The notes: generated by a model not told the origin, from the sequence alone. A stretch of DNA of 64,000 nt from an uncultured Alphaproteobacteria bacterium (GCA_963726105.1 CAVSBJ010000018.1:2419-66418); one strand, 5' to 3'. Shown: positions 7,988-16,068, numbered from the stretch's first letter. Program-made: numbers and translations.

Positions 7988-10536
7988 GAATCCGCCGCCT
8001 TCTCGAGTTGCGCCACCATCCGGTCGATACGCGCGGACAATGTCTCGTTCGACAGCCTCTCGCGAAGGCGGTCGACCATCAACGGGAACCCGAACGGCGT
8101 CGGGCGCTTGAGACTCCGGATTTCGAGTTGGCGCGCCGAGATCGTGCGAAGCGTCTCCTGCAGGCGCCTGACGTCGAGTTCGTCCTCGAGCACTTCCCGC
8201 TCGGCCTGTTTGAGAAGCCCATTGGCGGGATCGAATTTGCGGAACACGTCGTAGAAAAGGCCCGAGGATGCTTGCATCACGCTCGCCTTGCGCCGCTCGC
8301 CCGGAAATCCGCGCGAAACGAGGCCCGCGATATGAGCGATATCGCGGAAGCGCCGGCGCGCCAATTCGCCTGCGTTGAGGCTCGCAACAACCTCCTCGGC
8401 CAGCGCGTCGATGGACACCGCAGGCGCGATCAGGGAAGGAAGCCTGTCCGCCCAGTCGCGCGCATTGGCGCTCAAAATCTCGAACCCGTAATCGTTGACG
8501 CTGAGCGAAAAGACGCCCTGGCGCTCGCGCGCCGCGCGCCAGGCGATGAGGCTTGTCAGACCGAGATGGATGTCGCGTCCGGCGAACGGATAGAGGAAGA
8601 GATGCCAGCCCTCGCGTGATTTCATGGTCTCCGCGAGAAGGTTCGCCGGCGTCGGCAATGCCGACCATTTGCGTTGCACTTCGATGAGCGGGCGCGCCGC
8701 CGCAAGCTCAGGCTCCGCGTACTGATCGTTTCCCACCCGCACGAAGGCGTCCAGCATCGCGTCGGCGAGCGTCGTGGAAAGCGGCATCCGGCCGCCCTGC
8801 CATCGTGGCGTCGCCCCGCCGCCGCTTGCGGCGCGCACATAGGCCGTCTGGTCCCGCAATCGGACGAATTCCAGCGAGCGCCCGGCAAACCAGAACTTGT
8901 CGCCTCCCTTCATGCGCGCGACGAAGCTCTCCTCGACCGCGCCGAGCTTCGCGCCACGCGGCGCGGGGCCGTACTGAACCATGACGGAGGCGTCGCTGAC
9001 GATCGCGCCGATGTTCAGTTTGTGGCGCAGCGCCACATGCCGGTCGGCCGCGCGCCATACCCCGTTCGCATCGGGGGCGACGCGGCGAAAGCCGGGATAG
9101 GCCGTGAGACTGGGGCCGCCGCGGCGGATGAAATCGAGCACCCACGTCCAGTTCTCGTCCGTGAGATGTTCGTAAGCCGCAGTCTCACGCACTTCCGCGA
9201 GAAGATCGTCGGGCCGGAAGCCGCCGCCGAGCGCAGCGGTGACGCAATGCTGGGCCAGCACATCCAAGGGCGCGTTGAGGCTGCGCCGGCTCTCGATCTT
9301 TTTTCTCATGACCGCGTCCCGGACCGCGGCGGCCTCGACGAGCTCGAGCGTGTGCGTGGGGACGAGCGTGATGCGCGAGACGCGGCCGGGCGCATGGCCG
9401 CTACGCCCGGCCCTCTGCAGGAGCCGAGCGACGCCCTTGGGCGAGCCGATCTGGATCACGCGCTCGACGGGCAGGAAGTCCACGCCGAGGTCGAGGCTCG
9501 AGGTGCAGACGACCGCTTTCAGCGACCCCTCCTTCAGCCCCTGCTCCACCCAGTCGCGCGTCTCGCGCGACAGCGAGCCGTGATGGATCGCAAGGATGCC
9601 GGCCCATTCGGGCCGCAGGCGGAGAATATGCTGATGCCAGAGCTCGGCCTGAGACCGCGTGTTGGTGAAGACGAGCGTGGTCGTCGCCGCTTCGATCTCC
9701 GCCACGACCGGCCCAACCATTTTGGCGCCAAGATGACCCGCCCACGGAAAGCGTTCGGGCGCCTTCGGCAGCAGCGTGTCGATGACCAGCGGCTTGTCGA
9801 GCCGCCCCTCGACGAGCGCTCCTTTTGGCGCGGCGCGAGGTCCGAGAAGCACGCGCTCCGCCTCCTCGAGATTGCCCAGCGTCGCCGATAGGCCCCATGT
9901 CGCAAGGCCGGGGCGGAAATGACGAAGGCGAGCGAGAGCAAGCTCGGTCTGCACGCCCCGCTTGTTGCCGATCAGCTCATGCCATTCGTCGACGACGACG
10001 AAGGCGAGGGAAGCAAATGTCTCGCGCGCACGCTCCTGGGTCAGCATGAGCGAGAGGCTTTCCGGCGTCGTCACGAGAAGGCGCGGAGGCTTTCGCACCA
10101 GCGCGGCGCGCTCGGCTCCCGATGTGTCGCCGGTGCGCGCGCCGATCCGCCATGACGGCGAGCCCGAGCCGCCCTCAACGCCAGCGAAAGCCTCGCGCAA
10201 AGATCGCTCCGTGTCGGCAGCGAGCGCGCGCATCGGCGTGATCCAGAGCACGCGGATCGCGTCATCCGCATCCGCTGTTCCGGGCGCGGCGAGCCAGGCG
10301 CCAAAGGCGACCGCCAGCGTCTTTCCCGAGCCTGTGGTTGCATGGAGAAGGCCGGACTGGCCGCCGCCCATGAGTCGCCAGGTCTCCCGCTGGAATGGAA
10401 AGATCGTCCACCCCCGGCGCGCGAACCAGGATTCCACCGCTGCCCTGCGGTCCGCAGGGCGCGCGGGCGGCGGCCTCGATGGGCAGGTCGAACGGGCGGG
10501 TCTCGTCCGCTCGCCGTCCCTCGGTTCAGGTCGCAT
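7984..10536 (-). CDS. lhr: ligase-associated DNA damage response DEXH-box helicase (Lhr-core type)
   Basis: 850-aa ORF with WFARRGW..FQRETW, HATTGSGKT (Walker A) and VVDEWH (DExH), plus a long C-terminal domain. The true start may be internal. Confidence 0.9.
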   Translation of the reverse strand: MRPEPRDGERTRPARSTCPSRPPPARPADRRAAVESWFARRGWTIFPFQRETWRLMGGGQSGLLHATTGSGKTLAVAFGAWLAAPGTADADDAIRVLWITPMRALAADTERSLREAFAGVEGGSGSPSWRIGARTGDTSGAERAALVRKPPRLLVTTPESLSLMLTQERARETFASLAFVVVDEWHELIGNKRGVQTELALARLRHFRPGLATWGLSATLGNLEEAERVLLGPRAAPKGALVEGRLDKPLVIDTLLPKAPERFPWAGHLGAKMVGPVVAEIEAATTTLVFTNTRSQAELWHQHILRLRPEWAGILAIHHGSLSRETRDWVEQGLKEGSLKAVVCTSSLDLGVDFLPVERVIQIGSPKGVARLLQRAGRSGHAPGRVSRITLVPTHTLELVEAAAVRDAVMRKKIESRRSLNAPLDVLAQHCVTAALGGGFRPDDLLAEVRETAAYEHLTDENWTWVLDFIRRGGPSLTAYPGFRRVAPDANGVWRAADRHVALRHKLNIGAIVSDASVMVQYGPAPRGAKLGAVEESFVARMKGGDKFWFAGRSLEFVRLRDQTAYVRAASGGGATPRWQGGRMPLSTTLADAMLDAFVRVGNDQYAEPELAAARPLIEVQRKWSALPTPANLLAETMKSREGWHLFLYPFAGRDIHLGLTSLIAWRAARERQGVFSLSVNDYGFEILSANARDWADRLPSLIAPAVSIDALAEEVVASLNAGELARRRFRDIAHIAGLVSRGFPGERRKASVMQASSGLFYDVFRKFDPANGLLKQAEREVLEDELDVRRLQETLRTISARQLEIRSLKRPTPFGFPLMVDRLRERLSNETLSARIDRMVAQLEKAADS

Positions 10537-10643
10537 CGCTTTTCAGGGTGAACCCCGGCTTGAAACGGACGGGCGGTAAAGGCGTTCCGCCCAACCCCTA
10601 GATGGGGCCCCGGTTCCGCCAATGAAGTGAGCGCCGCACGGGA

Positions 10644-10919
10644 TTGGCGGATCGCCGGCCGGATTTCCGCGCGAGATGCGCTATCTCACCCCGTGAGGCA
10701 ACCCTGCCCTTCTTGAGGGGTTCGCCCGTATCTTGGCTCGATCCCGGTATCGCCGGCCTTTTCGAAAATCGCCTGGGCCTTCGCGGGCGTAAAATCCTGA
10801 ACTTTCCTGAACTCGCCCGGACCCACCGCAGCACGGATCTCGCCGACGGCCCCGATCTCTATCAGACCTTCAAAGCGAAGAAGGACGGCTGCGTGAAAGT
10901 GGTCATCCACCCTGCGTGA
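10644..10919 (+). pseudogene. remnant of the C-terminus of a Zn-dependent alcohol/formaldehyde dehydrogenase
   Basis: The ORF tail ..THRSTDLADGPDLYQTFKAKKDGCVKVVIHPA matches the usual MDR-ADH C-terminal signature (..THRxxLxxAPxxYxxFxxKxDGCxKVVLxP). No upstream ADH body is present. Confidence 0.45.
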
Positions 10920-10933
10920 GGACGTTCATGGCG

Positions 10934-10958
10934 GGAACCATATGTCGCCTCGCGCGTC
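10934..10958 (+). promoter_or_regulatory. EcfG-type (general stress sigma) promoter-like motif upstream of the DUF892 gene
   Basis: GGAAC (10934-10938), N16, then CGTC (10955-10958), compared with the consensus GGAAC-N16/17-CGTT. It ends 26 nt before ATG 10984. Confidence 0.4.
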
Positions 10959-10983
10959 CTTAACCATCACAAGGAGATTCCCC

Positions 10984-11487
10984 ATGGTTGAGAAGACACT
11001 GAACGACCTGTTTCTGGCGCAGTTGAAGGATATCTACTATGCGGAAAAAAAGATTTATCGGACTCTCCCCAAGATGGTGAAAGCGGCCAAGGAGCCCGAA
11101 CTGAAGACAGCCTTTACGACCCACCGCGAAGAGACACAGGGCCAAATCGAGCGCCTTGAACACGTGTTCGAGATGATCGGAAAACGGCCCCAGGCCAAGC
11201 CCTGCGAGGCGATCAATGGCATCGTCGCGGAAGGTGAGGAAACGATCGAGGATTTCGGCGACAGCCGCGCGATCGATACCGGGCTCGTCGCCGCCGGCCA
11301 GGCGGTCGAGCATTATGAGATGGCCCGCTACGGCGCACTTGCAGGGTGGGCGACGCAGCTTGGCATGCCGGAGGCCGCAGCTCTGCTCAACGAAACCTTG
11401 AAAGAGGAAATGAATGCGGAAAAGCTGTTGACGCAAATCGCAAAGAGCAAGGCCGACAAGACAGCCGCCGCCAAAATTGCGGCGTAA
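10984..11487 (+). CDS. YciE/YciF ferritin-like (DUF892) family protein
   Basis: AAGGAG RBS before ATG 10984. LKDIYYAEKKIYRTLPKM, HREETQGQIERLE and AVEHYEMARYG are typical DUF892 blocks. Confidence 0.9.
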   Translation: MVEKTLNDLFLAQLKDIYYAEKKIYRTLPKMVKAAKEPELKTAFTTHREETQGQIERLEHVFEMIGKRPQAKPCEAINGIVAEGEETIEDFGDSRAIDTGLVAAGQAVEHYEMARYGALAGWATQLGMPEAAALLNETLKEEMNAEKLLTQIAKSKADKTAAAKIAA

Positions 11488-11541
11488 GACGAACATAAAG
11501 CTTGCTTGAACCATCGGCGCGAACCGATCTCGGCGCCTACG

Positions 11542-11870
11542 TCACGAATGACGAGATCGGCGCGGCCAGAGTTGGGCGGAGTTCGCTTCTTCGTTGCGGA
11601 CTGTGGCCTTTGTCGCGTGGCAAAGACACGGCTCACGTGAGATCGTGCAGATCCTTCTGTGCATCTCGGCCGTGAAGTCGCCCGCGGTCTCAAAACCCGA
11701 GAAATGGCCGGTGTCGCGGGTGAAGCCATAATGGGTCTCCCGCCAGAAATCGGTTGACCGATCGGTGGTGACGGTGAGGGCGCCGCCGGCGAGCCGCCAG
11801 ACGGCAGGTTCGTTCAGCGATGTGGATCGTGCGAAAGCCGTTGCTCTATCGGGCGGATATCGTGGCTCAT
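11542..11870 (-). pseudogene. decayed DUF1349 (concanavalin-like) gene fragment
   Basis: The minus strand reads LNEPAVWRLAGGALTVTTDRSTDFWRETHYGFTRDTGHFSGFETAGDFTAE from 11817, then loses similarity. A possible original ATG at 11870 overlaps the LysE-family stop as ATGA but is in another frame. Confidence 0.5.
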
Positions 11871-12475
11871 GAGCCTACTACGAGTTTCAAGGCGATGGTC
11901 CACATTGTCAGCGCGACAAGCGCCTCGAGCGCCCGCCAGGACGCGGGGCTCGTGAAAATCGGCCGCAAGCCTCGCGCCCCATAGCCGAGGGCGAAGAAAA
12001 AGAGGAACGAGCCGGCCATCGCTCCGGCAGCGAAGGACGCCTCCTCGCCGGGGAATCGGGTCGAGATCGCGCCAAGCAGCATGACCGTGTCGAGATAGAC
12101 GTGAGGATTGAGCCAGGTCAGCGCGAGGCCCATCGCCAAGGTCTGGGCGAGGCTGGAAGCGCGCGCCTCTCCGGCCGCAAGCGCCTCGGATGACCGCAAG
12201 GCGGAATGGAGATTGCGCGCCCCGTACCAGATCAGGAACGCCGCCCCTCCGTAGCGCATGGCGGGAACGAACCATGGCGCAGCCACAGCAAGCCGCCGGA
12301 AGCTCGTCACGCCGAGCGCGATCAGGGCCGCGTCCGACACGCTGCAAGCGAGAACGACCGCAAAGACATGCTCGCCCAACAGGCCCTGGCGGAGGACAAA
12401 GGCGTTCTGCGCGCCGATCGCGACGATCAGGCTGAGGCCCGTCAGGAGGCCCGTTATGCTGACCGAAAGGCTCAT
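11867..12475 (-). CDS. LysE/ArgO family amino-acid exporter
   Basis: 202-aa polytopic membrane ORF. GLSLIVAIGAQNAFVLRQG is the LysE/ArgO N-terminal signature. Confidence 0.9.
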   Translation of the reverse strand: MSLSVSITGLLTGLSLIVAIGAQNAFVLRQGLLGEHVFAVVLACSVSDAALIALGVTSFRRLAVAAPWFVPAMRYGGAAFLIWYGARNLHSALRSSEALAAGEARASSLAQTLAMGLALTWLNPHVYLDTVMLLGAISTRFPGEEASFAAGAMAGSFLFFFALGYGARGLRPIFTSPASWRALEALVALTMWTIALKLVVGS

Positions 12476-12573
12476 GGCGTGCGAAGTCCATTCCGTTGCG
12501 GCGCCGCCAGCCGTCGCGATGGGCGGGTCGGCGTCGAGCGCAGAGGAATAGCATCGACACGTTCGCCGCCGCG

Positions 12574-12592
12574 ATGTAAACCCTCTTTACAT
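12574..12592. promoter_or_regulatory. 7-5-7 palindrome ATGTAAA-CCCTC-TTTACAT overlapping the tetR start codon
   Basis: Perfect inverted repeat. The right arm contains A and T of the ATG at 12591, and no SD is visible upstream. Confidence 0.35.
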
Positions 12593-13241
12593 GAGCTGGA
12601 AGGACAAGCGCGGCGAGCCCGACCCGCCGCGCGGCTACCACCACGGCAATTTGCGCGAGGCGCTGATCCGCGCCGCGCTGGAACTGATCGCGACCAAGGG
12701 AACAGCTGGATTCACTTTCGCGGAAGCGGCGCGCTTCGCCGGGGTGAGCCCCGCTGCGCCCTACCGGCATTTCCGCGACCGCGATGAGCTGATGGCGAGC
12801 GTGGCGCTGCGCGGCTTCGAGCAATTCGAGGCGGCGTTGGCGCGCGCGTGGGATGGCGGGCGCCCGGACGCCTTCACCGCGCTGGATCGGCTCGGCAAGG
12901 CCTATCTCGAATTCGCTCGTGCGGAACCCGCTTTCTACTCGGCCATGTTCGAAGCCGGCGTTCCGGCCGGCGCAAACGCTTCGCTAAGAGACGCGGGTGA
13001 ACGGGCCTTCGCCGTCTTGCGCGGCGCCGCTGACGCGATCTGCGCCGCGATGCCCGCGACGGGTCGCCCGCCCGCGCTCATGGTCGCCCTGCATATCTGG
13101 GGCATGGCGCATGGCGTGGCTTCCCTGTTCGGACGCGCGGATGGGGCTCAGCGCGCGCTGCCGATGTCGGCAGCGGAACTCCTCGAGGCGCAGGTGCTGG
13201 TCTATTTGCGCGGGCTTGGGGTCAACGCCGCGCGGCTGTGA
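12591..13241 (+). CDS. TetR/AcrR family transcriptional regulator
   Basis: 216-aa ORF. RGYHHGNLREALIRAALELIATKGTAGFTFAEAARFAGVSPAAPYRHF reads as a TetR HTH. Confidence 0.9.
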   Translation: MSWKDKRGEPDPPRGYHHGNLREALIRAALELIATKGTAGFTFAEAARFAGVSPAAPYRHFRDRDELMASVALRGFEQFEAALARAWDGGRPDAFTALDRLGKAYLEFARAEPAFYSAMFEAGVPAGANASLRDAGERAFAVLRGAADAICAAMPATGRPPALMVALHIWGMAHGVASLFGRADGAQRALPMSAAELLEAQVLVYLRGLGVNAARL

Positions 13242-13305
13242 GAGCTCACTTGCAGGCTTCATCGCGGTCCTCGGGAAGGACTTGACAACCGCTCTCGAGA
13301 TAAAG

Positions 13306-13324
13306 TAAATGTTCATTACATTTA
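13306..13324. promoter_or_regulatory. 7-5-7 palindrome TAAATGT-TCATT-ACATTTA overlapping a putative -10 (candidate TetR operator)
   Basis: TTGACA at 13282-13287, then a 17-nt spacer, then GTAAAT at 13305-13310. The palindrome starts inside the -10, 17 nt upstream of the DUF2852 ATG. Confidence 0.4.
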
Positions 13325-13340
13325 CACGTGAGGACGCGCC

Positions 13341-13796
13341 ATGCCAATCATTCTTACGGTTTTGGGGTTTCTGTGGTGGTGGCCGATCGGCCTCCTGCTT
13401 CTTGCCCTCTTTGTTGGGCGGGGAAAGTTCGGCTGCCGGCGTCACCTGTCTTACGCAGGCGATGCGCCGATGTTTAACGGCGAGCACCGTCCGGACCGCT
13501 GGGACCACAAGATGACCCGCTTGCAGGAAAAAATGGAGATGGTGCGCGCGAAGGCGGACCAGTTCAGGAGCGGGGGCGACTGGTTCGGCCCGGCGACGAG
13601 CGGAAACCGCGCCTTCGACGACTATCGGTCCGAGACGCTGAAGCGCCTCGAAGAGGAGCAGCGCGAATTCAAGGACTTCCTTGCCCGCCTGCGCTTCGCC
13701 AGGGACCGGGCCGAATTCGACCAGTTCATGACCGAGCGGCGGAATCGCCCGTTCGAGCCGGGATCGCAGTCCGAGCCGGCGCCGCCGCGCGACTGA
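13341..13796 (+). CDS. DUF2852 domain-containing membrane protein
   Basis: 151-aa ORF with an N-terminal TM (ILTVLGFLWWWPIGLLLLALF) and AFDDYRSETLKRLEEEQREFKDFLARLRFARDRAEFDQFM. GAGGA RBS. Confidence 0.85.
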   Translation: MPIILTVLGFLWWWPIGLLLLALFVGRGKFGCRRHLSYAGDAPMFNGEHRPDRWDHKMTRLQEKMEMVRAKADQFRSGGDWFGPATSGNRAFDDYRSETLKRLEEEQREFKDFLARLRFARDRAEFDQFMTERRNRPFEPGSQSEPAPPRD

Positions 13797-13834
13797 CGCC
13801 GACTGAGGCTCCACGGCTTCTTAAAATCTGCGTT

Positions 13835-13866
13835 GCGGGGCGCCCTTCCACGGAAGGACGCCCCGC
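13835..13866 (+). terminator. GC-rich hairpin downstream of the DUF2852 gene
   Basis: GCGGGGCGCCCTTCC..GGAAGGACGCCCCGC forms a 15-bp stem with one mismatch. It lies 39 nt after the stop and has no U-tract. Confidence 0.5.
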
Positions 13867-14105
13867 TCGCGTATGGGGGCGGCGAAATGCGCGTGGGGGC
13901 GGCGAAAAGAGCGGAGCGACACGACGCTGCGGATCCGGAATGCGATGGTTCGCCCGCCTGACGTCATCCGGGCTGGTTGAACGTCTCAGCTTCGCTTGGC
14001 CAATTCCAGCCGGACCAATGGTGCGGCGACGGAGCAGGTAGTAATACGCATATACAAAGGACAACGAGGGTTTCAAAAACGGACCGAAGCCGCTGGAGGT
14101 CCGAA

Positions 14106-14210
14106 TTGAGCGAAGTGCACCTGATTTGGTTTGGCCTTATCGCAATTTTCGTCCTGATCGCCATTGCCGTAGCGGCGTTGAGTCTCCTCCCGGTCCGGGA
14201 GCGTCGGTGA
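14106..14210 (+). CDS. possible 34-aa single-TM peptide
   Basis: GGAGG (14095-14099) lies 6 nt upstream of TTG 14106. The product would be (M)SEVHLIWFGLIAIFVLIAIAVAALSLLPVRERR. It is shorter than the ORF-track cutoff if started here. Confidence 0.3.
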   Translation: MSEVHLIWFGLIAIFVLIAIAVAALSLLPVRERR

Positions 14211-14300
14211 GGGCGTCAGCTGCCGGGTCAGGGCTGGTCTCAGAAGGCGGGAAGGTCCGTTCCTGGGGCCTTTCCTCCGTTGCTCCGCCGCCGCTGCGGA

Positions 14301-14332
14301 GTCCGATTGGGTTTGACACGGGCCAATCGGAC
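14301..14332 (+). terminator. perfect 10-bp-stem hairpin GTCCGATTGG-N12-CCAATCGGAC
   Basis: It lies 90 nt downstream of the small TM ORF and upstream of the lipoprotein-lysA unit. CGACTTTG follows. Confidence 0.3.
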
Positions 14333-14426
14333 CGACTTTGATCCTGACCGTCGCTTATGAGCCCGGCGCCGCCTCGCCTCCCGTCGCGGTTTCTGTATAG
14401 TCGCCCGCGACCATTCGGAGTCGCTT

Positions 14427-14672
14427 GTGGCCGCTCAATTCCCGTATCGTTTCTTTAGGCCGGCGCGCCTGACAACGCTCGCAGCGCTGCTCGCGCTTGG
14501 CCTTGCTGCTTGCGGGCGCTATGGGCCCTTGGAGCCCCCGCCCGACCCCAACGCGCCACCCAAGCCGGCCAACTCGAGCCCCACCACCATGAACGGCGGC
14601 CTGTCCAGACCGTCGATCCCGCCGATCGTGCCGCCGAAGGAGCCGTTCTTTCTCGATTTCCTGCTGAAATAA
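14427..14672 (+). CDS. small lipoprotein preceding lysA (LptM/YifL-like position)
   Basis: GTG start, lipobox LGLAAC, and a Pro-rich mature part. It sits 15 nt upstream of lysA. Confidence 0.7.
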   Translation: MAAQFPYRFFRPARLTTLAALLALGLAACGRYGPLEPPPDPNAPPKPANSSPTTMNGGLSRPSIPPIVPPKEPFFLDFLLK

Positions 14673-14687
14673 GTTTAACTCCCGCGG

Positions 14688-15956
14688 ATGCATCCCTTCA
14701 TCTATCGCAACGGCGCTCTCCACGCCGAGGACGTCGATTTGGCGACGATCGCTGAAGCCGTCGAGACGCCCTTCTATTGCTATTCGAGCGCCGCGATCGC
14801 GGACAGTTTCAAGGCCTTTCGGGACGCTTTCGCAGGCCAGAACGCGCTCATTTCGTATGCGATGAAGGCCAATTCGAATCAGGCGGTGCTGACGACGCTG
14901 GCGGAACTTGGCGCGGGCATGGACGTCGTCAGCGAGGGAGAACTGAGACGGGCGCGGGCGGCCGGGGTGCCCGGAGAGCGCATCATCTTTTCCGGCGTGG
15001 GCAAAACGCCGGCCGAGATGAACCTTGGGCTCGACGAAAACATCTTCTGCTTCAATGTCGAATCGGAGCCGGAGTTGGAAGCGCTCTCGCGCCTGGCCGC
15101 CGCTCGCGGCGCCGTTGCGCCGATCGCCATCCGGGTCAATCCCGACATCGACGCGCGCACCCACGCCAAGATCGCGACCGGCAAGTCGGAGAACAAGTTC
15201 GGCGTGCCAATCTCCCGCGCCCGTGACGTTTACGCCTACGCCCGCACCCTGCCCGGCCTGAGCGTCCACGGAGTCGACATGCATATCGGCTCGCAGATTA
15301 CTGATCTTGAGCCGTTCGATGACGCGTTCGTGCTGCTCGCGGAGTTCGTGCAGGCGTTGAGAGCCGATGGGCACACGATCGAGCACGTCGATCTCGGCGG
15401 CGGCCTCGGCATTCCTTATCGCAACGACAACAACCCGCCGCCGTCGCCGGAGCAATACGCCGCAACCGCGGCGAAGAGCACGGCGGCGCTCGGCTGCAAG
15501 GTGATTCTGGAGCCGGGCCGAGCGATCGTTGGCAATGCCGGAGCGCTGGTCGCTTCGGTCATCTATCTCAAGAAGGGCGAGAACAAGCGTTTCGTCATCG
15601 TCGATGCGGCCATGAACGATCTTGTCCGCCCAACGCTCTACGACGCGCACCACGAGATCCTGCCAGTCAAAGAGCCGAAGCCGGACGCACAGCGGACGCA
15701 CAGCGACGTGGTCGGCCCTGTCTGCGAAAGCGGCGACTATCTCGCGCTCGACCGCGACTTGCCGGAACTCGTCGCGGGCGATCTCCTGGCGGTGATGAGC
15801 GCCGGCGCTTACGGCGCCGTGCAGGCCGGAACCTACAATACGCGCCTTCTCGTTCCCGAAGTGCTGGTGAAAGGCGCGCAATACGCCATCGTGAGGCCAA
15901 GGACGACATATGAGGAATTGATCGGCCTCGACACACTTCCGCCTTGGTTAGAGTGA
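14688..15956 (+). CDS. lysA: diaminopimelate decarboxylase
   Basis: 422-aa ORF. TPFYCYS, YAMKANSN (PLP lysine), HIGSQI, DLGGGLG, EPGRAIV and CESGD are present. Confidence 0.95.
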   Translation: MHPFIYRNGALHAEDVDLATIAEAVETPFYCYSSAAIADSFKAFRDAFAGQNALISYAMKANSNQAVLTTLAELGAGMDVVSEGELRRARAAGVPGERIIFSGVGKTPAEMNLGLDENIFCFNVESEPELEALSRLAAARGAVAPIAIRVNPDIDARTHAKIATGKSENKFGVPISRARDVYAYARTLPGLSVHGVDMHIGSQITDLEPFDDAFVLLAEFVQALRADGHTIEHVDLGGGLGIPYRNDNNPPPSPEQYAATAAKSTAALGCKVILEPGRAIVGNAGALVASVIYLKKGENKRFVIVDAAMNDLVRPTLYDAHHEILPVKEPKPDAQRTHSDVVGPVCESGDYLALDRDLPELVAGDLLAVMSAGAYGAVQAGTYNTRLLVPEVLVKGAQYAIVRPRTTYEELIGLDTLPPWLE

Positions 15957-16068
15957 GGCTGGCGAGGGCGGGAATCGTCGCGCAGCCTGGCCAAACTCTT
16001 GGCCCGGAACTTGCGCCTGAGACAATCGCGCACAATCTGAATCGCCAACGAGGGACCATGGCGTCGCA

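Noticed and set aside
7988-8668. Upstream 227 codons of the 465-aa ORF 7271..8668
   Set aside because: Only the last ~238 codons carry PdeM motifs. The remainder overlaps lhr out of frame and is Arg/Pro-rich.
10549-10566. GAAC-N8-GAAA near the lhr upstream region, considered as an alphaproteobacterial LexA box
   Set aside because: The consensus is GTTC-N7-GTTC (GAAC-N7-GAAC). Here both the spacing and the second half-site are wrong.
14355-15881. 508-aa ORF antisense to lysA, and similar long antisense or alternative-frame ORFs (167..1072, 4604..5698, 17674..18645, 30483..31721, 33212..34657, 35617..36969, 41404..42426, 49421..50353, 52133..53056, 57771..58763)
   Set aside because: Each lies opposite, or in an alternative frame of, a gene with clear family motifs. 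All have Arg/Ala/Gly/Pro-dominated composition with no motifs.
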